Source: Asterias rubens (lineage: Eukaryota). Taken from it: DNA of 64,000 nucleotides. Below, piece after piece: positions 1-13,805 of the stretch (positions within the stretch are counted from its first letter, which is position 1; each line of letters opens with the position of its first letter). The translations under genes were made by a program, and so were the position numbers. The stretch is taken from assembly GCF_902459465.1 (NCBI RefSeq), contig NC_047068.1, positions 9,920,001-9,984,000 of the forward strand. Direction: 5' to 3'. Under the pieces are notes generated by a model. It ran no database searches. It saw nothing but the letters and a program-made list of their open reading frames with translations, and had not been told where the DNA came from.

Positions 1-529
1 TAAAGAAACGATACATCAACATGTGTCTATAGATGGATCGGGGCAATGACCTGACGGTTGTTGGCACGTTGTGATGAAATCAGCCTCTCAAAAGCCAGAA
101 GGAGCGAGAGAAGAAAAAACACTTCAAATTAAATATTCTCATTTTCGTCTTAATTCCCAACTCTGCTGGATTGCTGTGGACATGGGATGGGTCAATCTAT
201 ACAAACTAAAGGTGAGTCCAATGCACTGCCCAGGGCATGCATTTTCATGATTAAGAAATTTTGTAGTATTCGACACAACAACTTGGTTCACTTGTTTTTT
301 TGTGTATTCGTTTAGCGTATGGCTTAGGCCAGTGGATCCTACATCTATTCGATGTTTTACAGAATTACTGAATGGTTTAAGGGTTTTAAGCCCCATACAA
401 AGGTGCCTTTGGGTTTGCAGGGCATATTATAGTTTGTTTTTAAAGACATGTGTTAGCACATGATAATTCATACCAATATGTAAAGCACCTAAATCTACCT
501 GAAAAGATGCCCAAGGTGTTTTGCAAGAT

Positions 530-819
530 TAAAGACACGGGACACTTTTGGTAATTGTCAAAGATCAGTCTTCTCACTTGGTGTATCTCAACATATGCAT
601 AAAATAACAAACCTGTGAAAATTTTAGCTCAATCGGTCATCGAAGTTGAAATATAATAATGAAAGAAAAAACACCTTTGTCACACGAAGTTGTGTGCTTT
701 CAGATGCTTGATTTTGAGACCTGAAACTTCTAAATCTGAGGTCTCAAAAATCAAATTTGTGGAAAATTACTTCGTTCTCGAAAACTACTCCACTTCACCA
801 ATAGTGTCCACTGCCTTTA
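530..819 (+). mobile_element. TTAA-flanked MITE, family A (Kolobok/T2-like), internally deleted
   Basis: ttaaAGACACGGGACAC...ACCAATAGTGTCCACTGCCTttaa; homologous to copies at 31891, 33029 and 57061. Confidence 0.85.
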
Positions 820-929
820 AAATAGAACAAGGGGCTTCACAGGACAAAGATCTTATCAGAATAACAGATTTGTTTTTGTAAAATATTGATGATATTTTTT
901 TTAGTGAGAAATTGTTTTATTCCGTGTTA

Positions 930-1054
930 AGCCCGGTTCATACTTCCTGCGAATGTAAAGCGATATTTGGTGACAAAACAATCGGTAGGCGCTCCATTTC
1001 ATTTTGTGACGCAGAGAAATTAGCTTCACATTCGCAGGAAGTATGAACCGGGCT
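930..1054. mobile_element. Short hairpin MITE
   Basis: Perfect 26-bp TIR AGCCCGGTTCATACTTCCTGCGAATG; solo right arms at about 47255-47297 and 57885-57900. Confidence 0.85.
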
Positions 1055-3884
1055 ATATGTGTGAATCCAATCTGATGCGAAATGCAAACAATCAAAGAAG
1101 TTTAACTTGCATAAACAAAAAGATTTACAATACAACTCAGTCATTGATGACGTCATGGTAAAAATCATATGGCGCGAGCGTTTTTGTTGGATCCCATCAG
1201 CGCTCTCGTTTGTCCAACAAAAGAGGTCGCTGTTGATTATCAAATCTGTGTACAGCATCCCGTGCAGGGTGAGCTAAATTTTTAGAAGGTTTCCATGAAT
1301 TGCAAAATAAAACCTAAAGCCAATCTCACACAAACATATTGCATTTGTGAAGAAAGAAGGAGCTTTAAAAAAATGTGATACAAGTTTTATTATAAAATAA
1401 CAACATCTTTATGGTTCAGTGTTTTTGAACTACGTAACGTTCAACCGAACACCGTGTTTTTGTAATAAACAAAAATTCTGTCTAGTTTTTTGTTTTAATT
1501 GTTTTGCTTATTTCTCAAGAACTACAGCACCTCAGCAAGTAATTTGACTAATATTTTATGGGAAGCTTTCTTCCATCATTATGATTAAATCTTGTAAGTT
1601 TAATTTAATTTTAAAACTGTTGTGATGAACAAAAATTACCCAAACCCTTTTTAAAGGGTTTTGGAAATTTATAAAATTAAATACTCAAGGAAGCTGTTTC
1701 TTAAACTTGCCATCACAGATCAGTCATTATACTGGACAACCATCATTGTTATACCTCGGTAACGAACGAAGTTTGATTGGTCGAGTACCAATCATGTGAC
1801 GCACAACAAAAACGCATAACAAAAACGCATAAAAAACTCTGAAAATTTCCTGAGGCATCATTCATGCTATACCTGTTTTATAGAATTCTTGAGAAAACAT
1901 TTAACACCCGATTATCACATGTTTCCCAATCAAGGTTTATGACAGTCCCACATCCCTACTGGATAATAAAACCTGAAGAGGAGCCCCCCCACCCCTCCTT
2001 CATCATTTACACAACTGTCGCTAGGTTGTAAAAACTCATTGACAAGACGGTAACAATAAAAAGTGACGTGTTACCGTGACGTGTTACGGACTATTGATTA
2101 GTCAGTGGTGTTCCACTCAGAAGCAAGTGCCCGACTATTGTCTTCTTTTAATTCAAGGTAACCTATTTAACCCTTAAGAGCACTTGGATGGCTCCAATAA
2201 GGCGCCGGGCGTAGACTCAGTGGTTTGATTAAAGAAGTAAAGTTTAAGGGCCTCACAAAACCAAAAGCTCTTACTGGTGTGGTGAAGATCTTTGGTGGAA
2301 GCACGTCTGCGGTTGAAGTGAGCAAATAGAAACCTTACTTTAGTGGTGGCAGGTGATTCACTGTTGTTAGGAATAATTTTATTAAGCTGTTTTATTTCAA
2401 CTGGTGGGTTTTTGTTGTTGAAAGATTATGTTCAGGGCCTGGCAATTCCACTGAAAAAAAGTAGAAGGAAATACAAGAAGGAAAATGAGATTGTATATGT
2501 CATTTATTTTTGAGAAAAGGTCAAGTATCAGGTCTGATTAACCTTTGCATGCAGCCAACAATTTAAAGAAAAAAAAAACACATAAAATAACTTAGAAAAG
2601 CCTCAGTTACAGAAACAAAATCCTTGTTCTTATGCCCATGGCCTTGGATGTACCCCCACGCTTTTCATGAAAGTTTGAAACAACTTTTACGGCTGAGCTT
2701 GGGAAAACCAAACAAAAGCACTGCAATAGTTTGAATTCTTCTCGTACCGTAAAATTGAATTGTTTGCACCAGGTCTTGTGGGAATCTGGACAGCCTGTGG
2801 TCTCCACAAAGTTTAGCTTGAAAAAAAGGCCCCTATATTTTGTGTTGTTTGAAGATTTGGGGTTTTGAATAGAAAATAAGGCTGGATTGTCCAGTGCCCT
2901 GTATTCACCACATTCAAACAGTTGTGTGCACAATTCGTAATTGTCCAAACACATTTTTGATGACTTATCATGTAAAAATCTGTACTTGTTTTTTCATGTT
3001 ATTTGTTGTGAGAACCTGGTCTTTTACAGTCTAATCTTTTGTATTATGTATCACATAAGTAATTGTCTCTGATTATCGTTTGGGCTGTACAAGTCAACCC
3101 TGCAGGAAGTCCTGGCTTTAGTGGCCTATGGTTTATGGTCTACATTGAAACTCATTAATATTCAAATGTTAAATCTGGAAAAATAGTAGTCAAACATGTG
3201 TGAGTCTACCTCCATGGTAATACTTACTCACCCTTTGTCAAATGTTCAGATTACCTTAAGGGAACTCAACTGTTTCAAAATGTTGGGCGGTTGAGTCAAA
3301 AGTGTGGTCATCTGCTGTCCAAAGTCAACTGTTCAAACTGTAAATTTATAATAATAAGTTTACGATGACCTAACACAAAAGGGGGTTGCGAGCACACGCC
3401 CCACCAAAGCCCCCCTGGCTCACACCCTCTGCCATGACACACTCACCCCCAGCCCTCCTGTACAATTTAAGTTCAAGATTTTTATTATAATATAACCACA
3501 CAATGTTACAATAAAAATTTCCCCTCACAAGGGGGGGAAGGTATATTTACTGGCCTGTCAGCGCAACATTCGGGAAGACTAAACAAAACACTGGGGCCCA
3601 ATACCCAAGTGACTTTCCACCAACAATGAAGTTCATCACTCACCAGCAAATTTGTGTCTGGGAATAAATCATACAGTGAAATCTTCTCAAGGCCTGCTGC
3701 ATTGTTTAAAAACTGATTAGTTTTCAAAACCGCATGTCTCTGGAGAATTGGAGGGGATAAAAACCAAAAATTGCAAAGGCCACCAAGACTACTTATCAAA
3801 ATTTAGAGCAACAGGGTTTTTCAATCTGTTGTTGACAATTTCACTTCAAATGGACATTGTATTTTTTGTGTAAAGCCAATGAGG

Positions 3885-4743
3885 CAATATAATAATAATA
3901 ATAATAATAAGACTTGTAATGCGCACATATCCACCCTGCTGGGTGTTCAAGGCGCAGTAAAACCAAAAACAAAACAAAAACAAAAACACAACACAAAGAA
4001 AAACAGACACAACAAAATTAGTCATTGAAAACCTGTGACATAAGATAAGTTTTGAGAAGAGACTTGAATTTTGCAGTACAAAGACAAGATCGAAGATTAA
4101 GTGGTAGAGAGTTCCAGATGCGTGGCGCGGCTGAAGAAAAAGACCTGTCACCCCATGAGTGTCGAGACTTGGGTTCAATGAGGAGAAGCATAGAACTTGA
4201 TCGAAGATTCCTTGATGGAGTGTAAACTTGAAGCAGTTCAGAAATATAGTGGGGAGCCTTGCCATTAAGAGCTTTGTGGACAATGAGCATCAGCTTGAAG
4301 ATGATTCGTTGAGAGATAGGGAGCCAGTGTAGTTGTTTCAGAATGGGGGTGATAGAACACGATTTTCTAGACAGTGTCACAATGCGGGCAGCAGTATTTT
4401 GGAGCCGTTGAAGTCTGGAAATCTGGTTGTTAGGAAGACTGTAGAGAAGAGCATTGCCGTTGTCAAGACGAGAAGTAACAAATGCGTGAATGACCTTTTC
4501 AGTGGCACTTTTGTCCAAGTACTTGCGAATCTTACCTATATTCCTGATGTGATATGATGATAAACGAACAATGTTGTTGATGTGTGGCTGAAGTGTCATT
4601 GATGAATCAAAAATAACCCCTAAGTTCCGAGCTTTCAGCGAGGGAGCTATCCGAGCATCACCGATGGAGATGTATGGCACTGAAACCTTAGTTAACTGTT
4701 GACGTGACCCAAATAGAAGGAACTCTGTCTTATCATCATTTAA
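3885..4743 (-). mobile_element. 5'-truncated L2/CR1-group LINE: RT C-terminus, 3' UTR and (ATT)n tail
   Basis: Uninterrupted frame 4743-4018 (LNDDKTEFLLFGS...LGVIFDSSMT...SRLDNGNALL...LHWLPISQRIIFK...RSFSSAAPRIWNSLP); tail ends in (TAT)n at about 3890-3910. Confidence 0.93.
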
Positions 4744-4944
4744 CTATCAAAATATGATCAAGCTGGAAGATTATTATTATTTTTTTTTTTTTTCATTTTT
4801 CGAAGGGGCATAATTGTACAAGTTTAGAGTATTAATCAACGCGCATCTAGATAGATTACACATAAAAAGACTGCAGAATTCATTACTTTGCCTTTAAAGT
4901 GAAAAATCCAGCAAAAATGTTGGCATACTCGATTTAAGGTGAAG

Positions 4945-5290
4945 TTTGCGGTGAATCTCTTTTGAGTAGTTTTGGTTCTGAATAGAACCGTTGGTTGAAA
5001 ACTCATCATTTCAAGCTGTATGCTCTAATAAAAGGATGCTCTAATAAGTCTTAGCCTCCTGAAGACGATCAGAAACATTTAGTTGTCAACCACCGGTTTG
5101 AGTAGTGTTGGTGTGGAAAATAACAGGTGGTTGACAATTCAATGTTTCGATTAGTATGCTCTGATCGTCTTCAGGAGGCCATACTTTCAGAACATACGGT
5201 TGTCGACCCCCAGTTCTTTTCAAAACCAGCACTACCGTATAGTCTAAAGAGCCCAACACATGGTGCTACCGCAAACCTCTAACCATATAA
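4945..5290. mobile_element. Cluster of four Penelope-like terminal-repeat fragments in alternating orientation
   Basis: Segments (-)4945-5035, (+)5053-5100, (-)5130-5180 and (+)5185-5290 are all homologous to 56257-56395; 20-bp inverted repeat GCCTCCTGAAGACGATCAGA. Confidence 0.65.
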
Positions 5291-7734
5291 AGTTTCAAAT
5301 CCTATACTTATTCAATTTCATTTAGAATGTTGAAATAGCTCAAAGTCACTTTCAATAAGTCCCTATTACAAAGGTGTAAGGTAAATTATGTTTAAGATTT
5401 TTGATGGTAATTATTTGATACTACCCACAGTGTATATCCTGTTTGACAACAACCTGCCTGTTGTTTTTCTTAAAATAATATTAATAACACACAAACTGAA
5501 AACATCACTGTGGTTTTTTGAAGAAGAAAAAAAAACCTACAATATTATTGGTGTGTTTCACCTTAATTCCTAGACGTAACTGGTTGAGACATACCCCCCT
5601 TGGTGTGGTATCCTGTATACATTCAGTGTATCCAATTAGTACGCAGGTGTAAACCATCTTGCCCGAATATCATACGCAGGACTGCAAGCTGGTTTCAGAG
5701 TGTACATTTTGGTGTCAAACTCGCTCCCCCCTCTATGGTTTTAGGTGGGTTGTTGACTAGAAAAGGGCCTTTTTCTTTGTTTTGCAAATGTGTCATCTTA
5801 TATCATGTCTGAGATGCAGGGACCCACCTGGACCAATTTGCGGCCAGGAAAGGCGGAAGTTTTCTTGCATTGAAATCGTCTACACGGGTCACAACACAAA
5901 CTGGCCATGTTAGCTATAACATCTATCAACATGAATTAGATTTTAGACCTTGATTTGATCTTTGTAATAATTGCATGAAAACTTGTTTAATTGATGTGGT
6001 TACCCTACACCAATGTGTGTATACCTTAGAGGAAGAACTTAGTTCTTTCCAGGTCCTGTGGAATCCCCCCCCCCCCCCAAAAAAAAAAACAAGGAACAAA
6101 CAACACACAAAACAAACGACCACACCTGTATACTATTCGAGTCGGATTCAAATCCACAGCCTTTGCCTTTCTAGAGCAGTATTACCACAAGATCAAATGA
6201 GCTTGTCCTGCAGTGTTGTAGCAATTTTGATGATCTGCATTTCGGCCCATTTTTCTGTTTGAAAACAAAAACCACTTTTGGGGAGAGTCATCTATCTTTC
6301 TCTCCCTGGTGTCACTGACCCAGCCCCAGTCTCATCTCTACTCCCCCCCTCTCCAGTCTCATCCCAATCAAGCAATAGCAACAGCTCTCCCTCTCTGTCA
6401 TTTTACACCTTTGACTTGCTGCACTCATTAGATTAAAAAAATATATGAACATTTGTGTCCTCATCAAATTCTGGCGCCAAGTCTCGTATCCACTGTAACC
6501 ATTTTAGCTCTACAAACCAGACGAAACTGGCAGCTTGCTGTTTCAAAACAGATTGCTGCTGTTACGTTTGTTTTGGATGCAGGAGGAATTTTCCAGGATG
6601 CCAGTTTATGGGCAAACTAAAGTTTTTCCCTAGAATATTTGTTTACTGATGGAGCCATAGACTTCAAGAGGTGATAGGAGGCAAGCTGTGTCTAAACCAA
6701 GACCTGAAACAATTCTGTGTGGTTTTGGGATTCCATGTCTCAGAAAGCTCTCTGCCAACCTCCATAAAGTTTAGATTTACAGCAATACACCTGGTTCAGT
6801 GTGTGAACTCGCATGAACTCACAGACTTCACAGTAGTGAACAAAATAACACTCAAGTGGGGCACACAGGAGGTCCAGTAGTTTGTTTGCAGAAGTTTCTG
6901 AGGTGCTCTTTTATGGGTTATTTATTGCCAATTTGTTCCTTTGAGGATGTTTAAAGCTGTTTGCAACATTGCAATTTAAATCGTTATCAAGGTTTTATAG
7001 AAGAAGTTGATTAGAATTGGACTATTTTCTAGGGTTGCTAAATTGACCCCCCTCCTAGAATATTATTCTTGGTGAAAATTCAGACAAGAGATGGAGCTTT
7101 TTTTGAAGGCTGTGCTCAGATTTGCCATGAATTGTTTCACTAACTTTTAGTTTTTTTTTTTACATTTTTTATTTATTTGTTTTGGGGATGAGGGAAGGGG
7201 CATAACATCACTGCACCCGATTAAAGGTTGTTTTTAACTTGTAGGGGTGGTTACAATAATAGTATGTCGTTTTTGGGACTTAATTTAAAGTTGCAAATTG
7301 AAAGTATACCAAGTAAAACATATTGCGAGGCTTGTAGTGCAATTTAGGACTTGTATCTTGATAAAAAAATCCAACCTGAAGAAAGACCTGAGACTTCACT
7401 CGATATACAAACTTAAAGTTTTCAAGTCCAAAAAAACTTGTCAAGTCCTAAACAGAGGAAGTGAGGATTTAGACCTTATAACTCAAGCCAAGCTGACTAA
7501 CTGTCCATACATTTTTTTGTTTTAAGTAGGGAAACATGAATTTGTTCACAGCTGGAAATGAGTATTATTATATACTAAACAAAATCTGTCATTCCAATCA
7601 ATGCAAACCTGGTTCTTAGTATTAACAGGCACTTTTGATGACAGTTTTTATACTTTTGTTTTAACCTTGACAGCCCCTGTACAACTTGTAACTATTGTGT
7701 ATGTCTCAAGATTTAAAATAAAATAAATGAAATA

Positions 7735-7873
7735 AATAAATTTCACAAAAAGCTAAGACTGGTTTTATCTCAAGTTAGGACGAGTTACTAATACTAATTT
7801 AGGATTAGCCTTAAGTTTTTAATAACTCCTATGACTAGTCTGAAGTTCAGACTATCTTTGTGAAATTGACCCC
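7735..7873. mobile_element. Degenerate MITE (TTTCACAAA...TTTGTGAAATTGACCC)
   Basis: Inverted termini with internal TTAGGACTAG-like repeats. Confidence 0.5.
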
Positions 7874-9989
7874 GGGACTTGATAGAAGTAGAACATATTT
7901 TCCCAAAAAACTTTACCAAAGATAATTTTTCTTACCGGAAAAGGGGGACTCAATCGAAAAAAACCCAAATCCAAGAGGTGAACTCTGTGTCCTCATTTAC
8001 AAATTCATGTCACAAGCTACCCCCTCTGTATTGACCAAAACAACCCCTATGCCCAAAATGACCTTTCTGTAAGCAAAAACCACCACTACCCCCTACAGCG
8101 AGCCATGGTGCCTTATTTTAGCAATTTGGAGAGCTTTTGTGTTTGGAATGTAATTAAGGGAGGCGAGGTGGAATAGCCATGAATGGAAACTAACCTTGAC
8201 AAGTACTCTGTGTACAATACAAGACCAGTCCATTTGACTCTGAAGATCAAGAAGTGCAAGCACTTTTGGGGGGAAATATTTCAAGTGGTGAATATGTTTT
8301 TTTATTTCTCCCCCCAAATAGTCCCATTTGATTTCCTTTTGAGTTTGTTAATTTTTTAAGGTTGAACAGTTTTGAAATATTCTCATTGAGGTCACAAATA
8401 TAGTTTTGTTCCTGTCAAGAAAAATGTTCTTTAAAACAGGCATGATTTTGTTTGCCTGTGAAATATCGGGGGGAAAAACGTTATTAAATAGCCCGAAATG
8501 TCTGTTAAAGCCATGTGTACAACGTAGGCTAGGCCTACTAGCTCTTGAATTGCAGGCCGCCTACTTGATAGAATATTTCAACCTTTTTATTTGACCAAAT
8601 ATCATGCCTGTAAAAACTTCTCACTCAAGGACAATAAGTGAAAACTAGTTTCATTGAAAACATTAAACACAAATATCCGGCAAAATTTGGTTGACCTGTT
8701 AACATTTGAATTTTTTACCCTGACAAACTCCTGGGAAATCGCTACCACTGCTTAGTTGTTAAGAAAATAATCAAAGTTTGGTAAACTCAGTGGTAATTTT
8801 TACCAGGAAAATTGGATCAAGTGTGAAATGATGGAGTGGGGTGGGAAGTTCAAGTTCATTAGGAATATTATATTTCCCAGGAATTCTCTGTGGTTTTGTT
8901 TCCCTGAATTTTGTTCTGTGTGTGAAAGGGCCTAGAGGGTGTGTCTCCACTTTGAAATGGAAACTTAGCCAGCTCAGAACAACTTTTTTTTGTGGGGTAA
9001 TTTCATTTCATTAATTAGTAATTCTGGTTGTAAAGCCAAAGTCGAATTCTCAGAAAAGCGAACTTAATCACTGTACTTGCCAGGTACCCTCATGTGAGGC
9101 TATAGATACTCAGCTGGGAGACTTTGGCTACTGTGCGTGCATGAGACTTCTGCTCTCGCAACTATTTAAATGACTTGTCCACCAGTCTTATGAAACTTCT
9201 GATCTGCAAGACTAAGGAGAATTTATTTTAGTTGATTGTAACCCCATCTTAAGTATAACCCATGTAGGCTTTATAACTTCAAATTGGCTATTTTTTTCTC
9301 AGCAAACATAACTAAGCTTTTACTACCATTTCAATTTTGTGAAAGCAAATGTAGGTCATATTTAATTCTAATGTAATTCATATTCAATTCTTGTACATAA
9401 AGCACCTGTCCTCACATAGAAATTTTTTCTCCTGTCAGATCATAGAAATTTTTGTTCGAATCCAATAAAAGTTGGTACAATACATTAAAGTTCTCTCCGT
9501 TTTGAATGTGGAAGTTCAAGCTGTAGGCCTATGTATACAAAACAATTTATTTCAGCAACTCAATGCTGTCATGCACAAAAGTGGAATGTTTTCCGGTTGG
9601 ATAAGTTGAGAATTTTAAACAGAATGGATTTCAAATTTTTAAGCGGATTAATGCTTAGATGTGGAGGCAGGGGGTCGCATATTTTTGACCTGGTTTTGCT
9701 CTCATTTTGTCCCATTTTATTTCTGCAAAGGAAAGGACCCATAAAAAGGCGACGACAGAAAATTTGATTTATTTTGAAAGCCAGTCAAGTGGATAAAAGG
9801 ATTGACTGAAATACCAAAAGAGGAACTGAAGTCAAATTTATATTAAGACTCAATGCATTTATTATATTGATCAACATTTCAATCGCCATGGTATTTCCAA
9901 ACAGTTAAAACTGGTTTCCATTGGGGCCCTGCACATGCATACATCTGGTCTTAGTCTTAAAAATGCATAAAATGAAGCAAAAACATGAC

Positions 9990-10365
9990 TAAAAGGCACT
10001 GTACACGTTTGGTAATTGTCAAAGACCAGTGTTCTCACTGTGTGTATCCCATCATAAGCATAACATAACAAACCTGTGAAAAATTGGGCTCGATTGGTCA
10101 TCGAAGTTGCGAGAAAATGATGAAAGAAAAAAACCCCTTGTTGGACGAATTTGTGTGCTTTCAGATAAGAATAAAAGACTTCTAGGTAGAAGTCTTGTAT
10201 TATTTTAGTGAGAAATAACCTCTTTCTCAAAAACTACGTTACTTCAGAAGGAGTCATTTCCCACAATGTTTTATACTATCAACAGCTCTCCAATGCTCGT
10301 TACCAGGCCAGTTTTTAAGTTAATATTTGTTTTGAGTAATTACCAAACATGCACCTTCCATTTAA
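9990..10365 (+). mobile_element. TTAA-type MITE, family A variant (A2)
   Basis: TIR ..GGTAATT/AATTACC..; same left arm as family A, different centre shared with 46124 and 51140. Confidence 0.85.
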
Positions 10366-10485
10366 ACAAATGATTTAGCATGTTGATCATTCCCCCCCCC
10401 CCAAAAAAAAAAAAAACACCATAAAACTGACCCGCTACAAATTCCATTAGTTCATTGGAATTACTCAGACTATAGCATTTCATAT

Positions 10486-10864
10486 TTAAAGGAACGTTAC
10501 AGAATTGGTAAGAAACAAAAATCGTGAAGATCTCAGATTAACATAAAACTTACACGGTCTAATGATGGTGATAGCGATAAATATCCCTTGAAATATTTCT
10601 TTCTGAAATGTCACATTTGTTGAGAAATAAATAATCTTATTTTGTGTCTGGAGTTCATCGTGAGCGTTTTATTCATTTTTCCTTTTGCATCGATGTCATG
10701 CAAAAATGTGAATTGGTTTTTCACTATTTTCTCGGGACCCAGATGGTCAATCGATCTCAAACTTCTACAGGTTTGTCAGCTTATATATCTGGTGGATTAT
10801 ATCTGGTGCTTACACTGCCAGCAATTGTTTTGTCAGCAAAACCAATTCTGTAATATTCCTTTAA
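10486..10864. mobile_element. TTAA-flanked MITE, family C
   Basis: ttaaAGGAACGTTACAGAATTGGT...ACCAATTCTGTAATATTCCTttaa; related copies at 58792-59062 and about 55790-55960. Confidence 0.85.
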
Positions 10865-13805
10865 AAGAGCAAGACCTTTTTTGTTTGCAAAAGGCTCTTC
10901 CCATGTTGGCCCTACTCTTCTGTTGTAGAATTTGAAAGATATCTCAACAATCAAAAGTCAGTATAGGCCTAAGTCATCGATAATCCAGCTTTTTAACAAT
11001 GAAAATCAAATCCCAATGTTGCTGAATTTCATCATCCAATATTTCTTCCTATTTGATTAATTGTCAATGTGTATACCAATGTATCTTCGACATTATTATA
11101 AGCACGCAAGATCACAACAAATATTATTAATTTTTGTGTAAAAAGAATGAAGTTTTTTTCAAATCAGATTAGGATACTGCAGGGGGATTTGCATTTTTAA
11201 ATGAAATTATCTTGCAAAAGTACATTCACCGCAGAAAATGAATACAAAATTTAATATGATCCTGGTTACAGAATTCAAATCATCATCAGTTGGTGTGTGT
11301 TTTTTTCCCACTCTCAGCAAATTCATGAGAAGATGAAGACACTGATATGATGAAATAAAACCTCGCTAGGATGAAGGATGGTGAGGGGAAGTGAATTCAT
11401 TTGAATCGTTGATGAGATTTATTGTCCAAAGTGACAAGAGAATGAATAGGGAAAGGTTGATGTGTGTTGAAATTCATTTTTCAATAATACATTGATTAAC
11501 AAAACAAATAATACATTGATTAAATTGTCACCAAATTTCCGTTTTCATGGTTTCACTGCATCAAATTTATGGTTTGTTATAATAGAAAATAACACTAACA
11601 TCAAGCATCACTGAATAAAAGTGTTAATCACCCAGTAAACATTTTTACCTAATAATTTCCTTCCTCCCTGAATTCATTGCATCCAGTTGTCCAGTTTGAT
11701 TTGGGACATTCTGTCCCGAGCAAGTCAATTGTGCAATTCTTCAATGGTTTACTTTGACGTTCATCCATCCATGATATAAATTTCAGACCTTGACATATTA
11801 CTGAAGGTGGCTCACTCTATTCTTCCATCTGCCACATTTTCCACCTGGCCGCCCTCTGTTTTGATAAGCTGTTAGTTAACCTTAGTTGAGGTGACGCACT
11901 TAAACAAATTCTTCTCTCTGTCGAAAATTTCACCTGACCTTTTGTTTTGATTTCAAACAGTGAACTTTTCAGGAAACTATTGATGAAGTTCATAAAGATC
12001 TATTTCACCATGCAAGGTTTTCATTTGTGGATTGTGTAACATACAAGTACTCTAGGTTGTTTATGAGAGATTTCAACGGCAGAGTGTTCACTTTGATCAT
12101 GGAGGCCATGCTTTGATTAAGTTTTATTTATTTATCTATTTTGTTTGCCAGTGAGAAGTTATTTGAAGTATTTGTGACTGGTGACACATTCATTTCTTGC
12201 TTAGCAAAGAAATTTGTAAAGCAGAATTTTCTGCTAAACAGCATCATGAAATTTGGCCCATATGTCAATCAATTCACACATTTTGCTTGCTTTTGAAAAC
12301 AGTTTTACTTGTCAAATTATTTCACTGTTAAGGCAGTTGCTAACAACTATGAACCTTTATGATGAGTGAGTTTTCAGATCGAAATTAATAAATTAAAACA
12401 ATTTAAATCCTGCACTTGTTCATTTATCTTCAAAGTTTTATGTCATTTAATTTTGAGCTTTTCTTTATAATACAGTGTTAATTGATGACCGTACTTCAGA
12501 ACATGGAGCTATAAACAGAATCTGATGCGGAAACATCAGATTTTCCTACTCATTCATGCATTTCCCTTCACTGTGTATGCTATTTTAGTATTAATGTACT
12601 TTTTTACCCGTAGGTTTATATTCCCACTGATTATCCACCACAGAGATTATCCCAAACCAAAGAGCTGTGACCCTGAAATCATGTATCAATTCCCCATAGC
12701 CAGTGTGATCCCAGATTGAGGGATTAGAGCCCACACCCACACCCCATGGGCCCACACTTTTACCCATTTGGGGATCAACAAAGGAAGTAAACATCTAGAT
12801 AATCCCATTGTCCAAGATTGGCACATCCATCCAAAGGGCTTCACTGATGTTCATACATTCTACACTAGGTGGGTGAGTCAACCCTATTGTGTATAATGGA
12901 AGCTTCCAGATAAATCAGTGATCTTGCACTACATGGGTGTGCTGTGTGTGTGTACAGCCAATGGTATTAGTCACTTGCAGGTTTGGTGTGGAGGCGTATG
13001 TACAGGCTTTGCCTGAAGTTTTTGATGCTAGGAGAAATGCTGCTTGGATAGGTTCTGGATTGTGGAATATTTATTTATCAAACAAGCAGCAAGTGGACGG
13101 AGCTAGCTATGGTGCCTTTGATAAAACACTGACCAGACAAGAACTTCTCATCTCTGAAAACTGATTCAACCGATACAACAGTTTCCGGGAAAAAATAATA
13201 ACTGGGAGAGAAATCTGGGATCAGAAGTGGGATGCTTCTATAGCTCGGGGCCCCACTTCCCTGGTGTTTACTTTGAAAACTATTCATGTGGATTCACAAG
13301 ACATCGGAGAAGAACTCCCCTCCCCATCCATACAAAAGATGACATGCAGTGATTGACGGAGCGATCATCTAGTCGGAGACGGCATCCACAGGGAGCGTGA
13401 TTGGACTCTGAATGGGAAGTTAAAGAAAACTGTGAAAACAAGGAAGCTGTGTCGAGACGCGGGCCAAGCGGGGATTAGCTGGAGCAAGCAGCCCCTTAGG
13501 CCGGTGGGCTGGCAAAAACCAACTTATATAGAGTCCACACAAATGCACCCCCTTATTTCTTCAGGTCTTCTACCACCAGTATGAAAAGGATTATTCTTTG
13601 ACACGCACTGATTTTTAATGATGTTTACTTGAGAATTTATGTGTGACGGAGCATAGAGACATCTTAATATCTTGGCGTATGGAAACATTCTCCAAGGCTG
13701 GCCTTGCTCTGTAGCTTGAAAGGGAACTTTTTTTCTTGATTTATTTCTCAGAAAAAAATACTAATTTTGACTACGGTGAACTTTTTCTGGAATACTTTTA
13801 TCCAG

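Noticed and set aside
690-881. Recurring similar ORFs (690, 9871, 31984, 33110, 45972, 57061) as a gene family
   Set aside because: All are chance frames within copies of the family A MITE.
3846-4557. ORFs 3846-4283 (-) and 4333-4557 (+)
   Set aside because: Alternative or antisense frames of the LINE.
12980-13164. Acceptor-led open frame FGVEAYVQALPEVF...ISEN
   Set aside because: No homology recognised, no donor and no upstream partner; may be UTR or noise.
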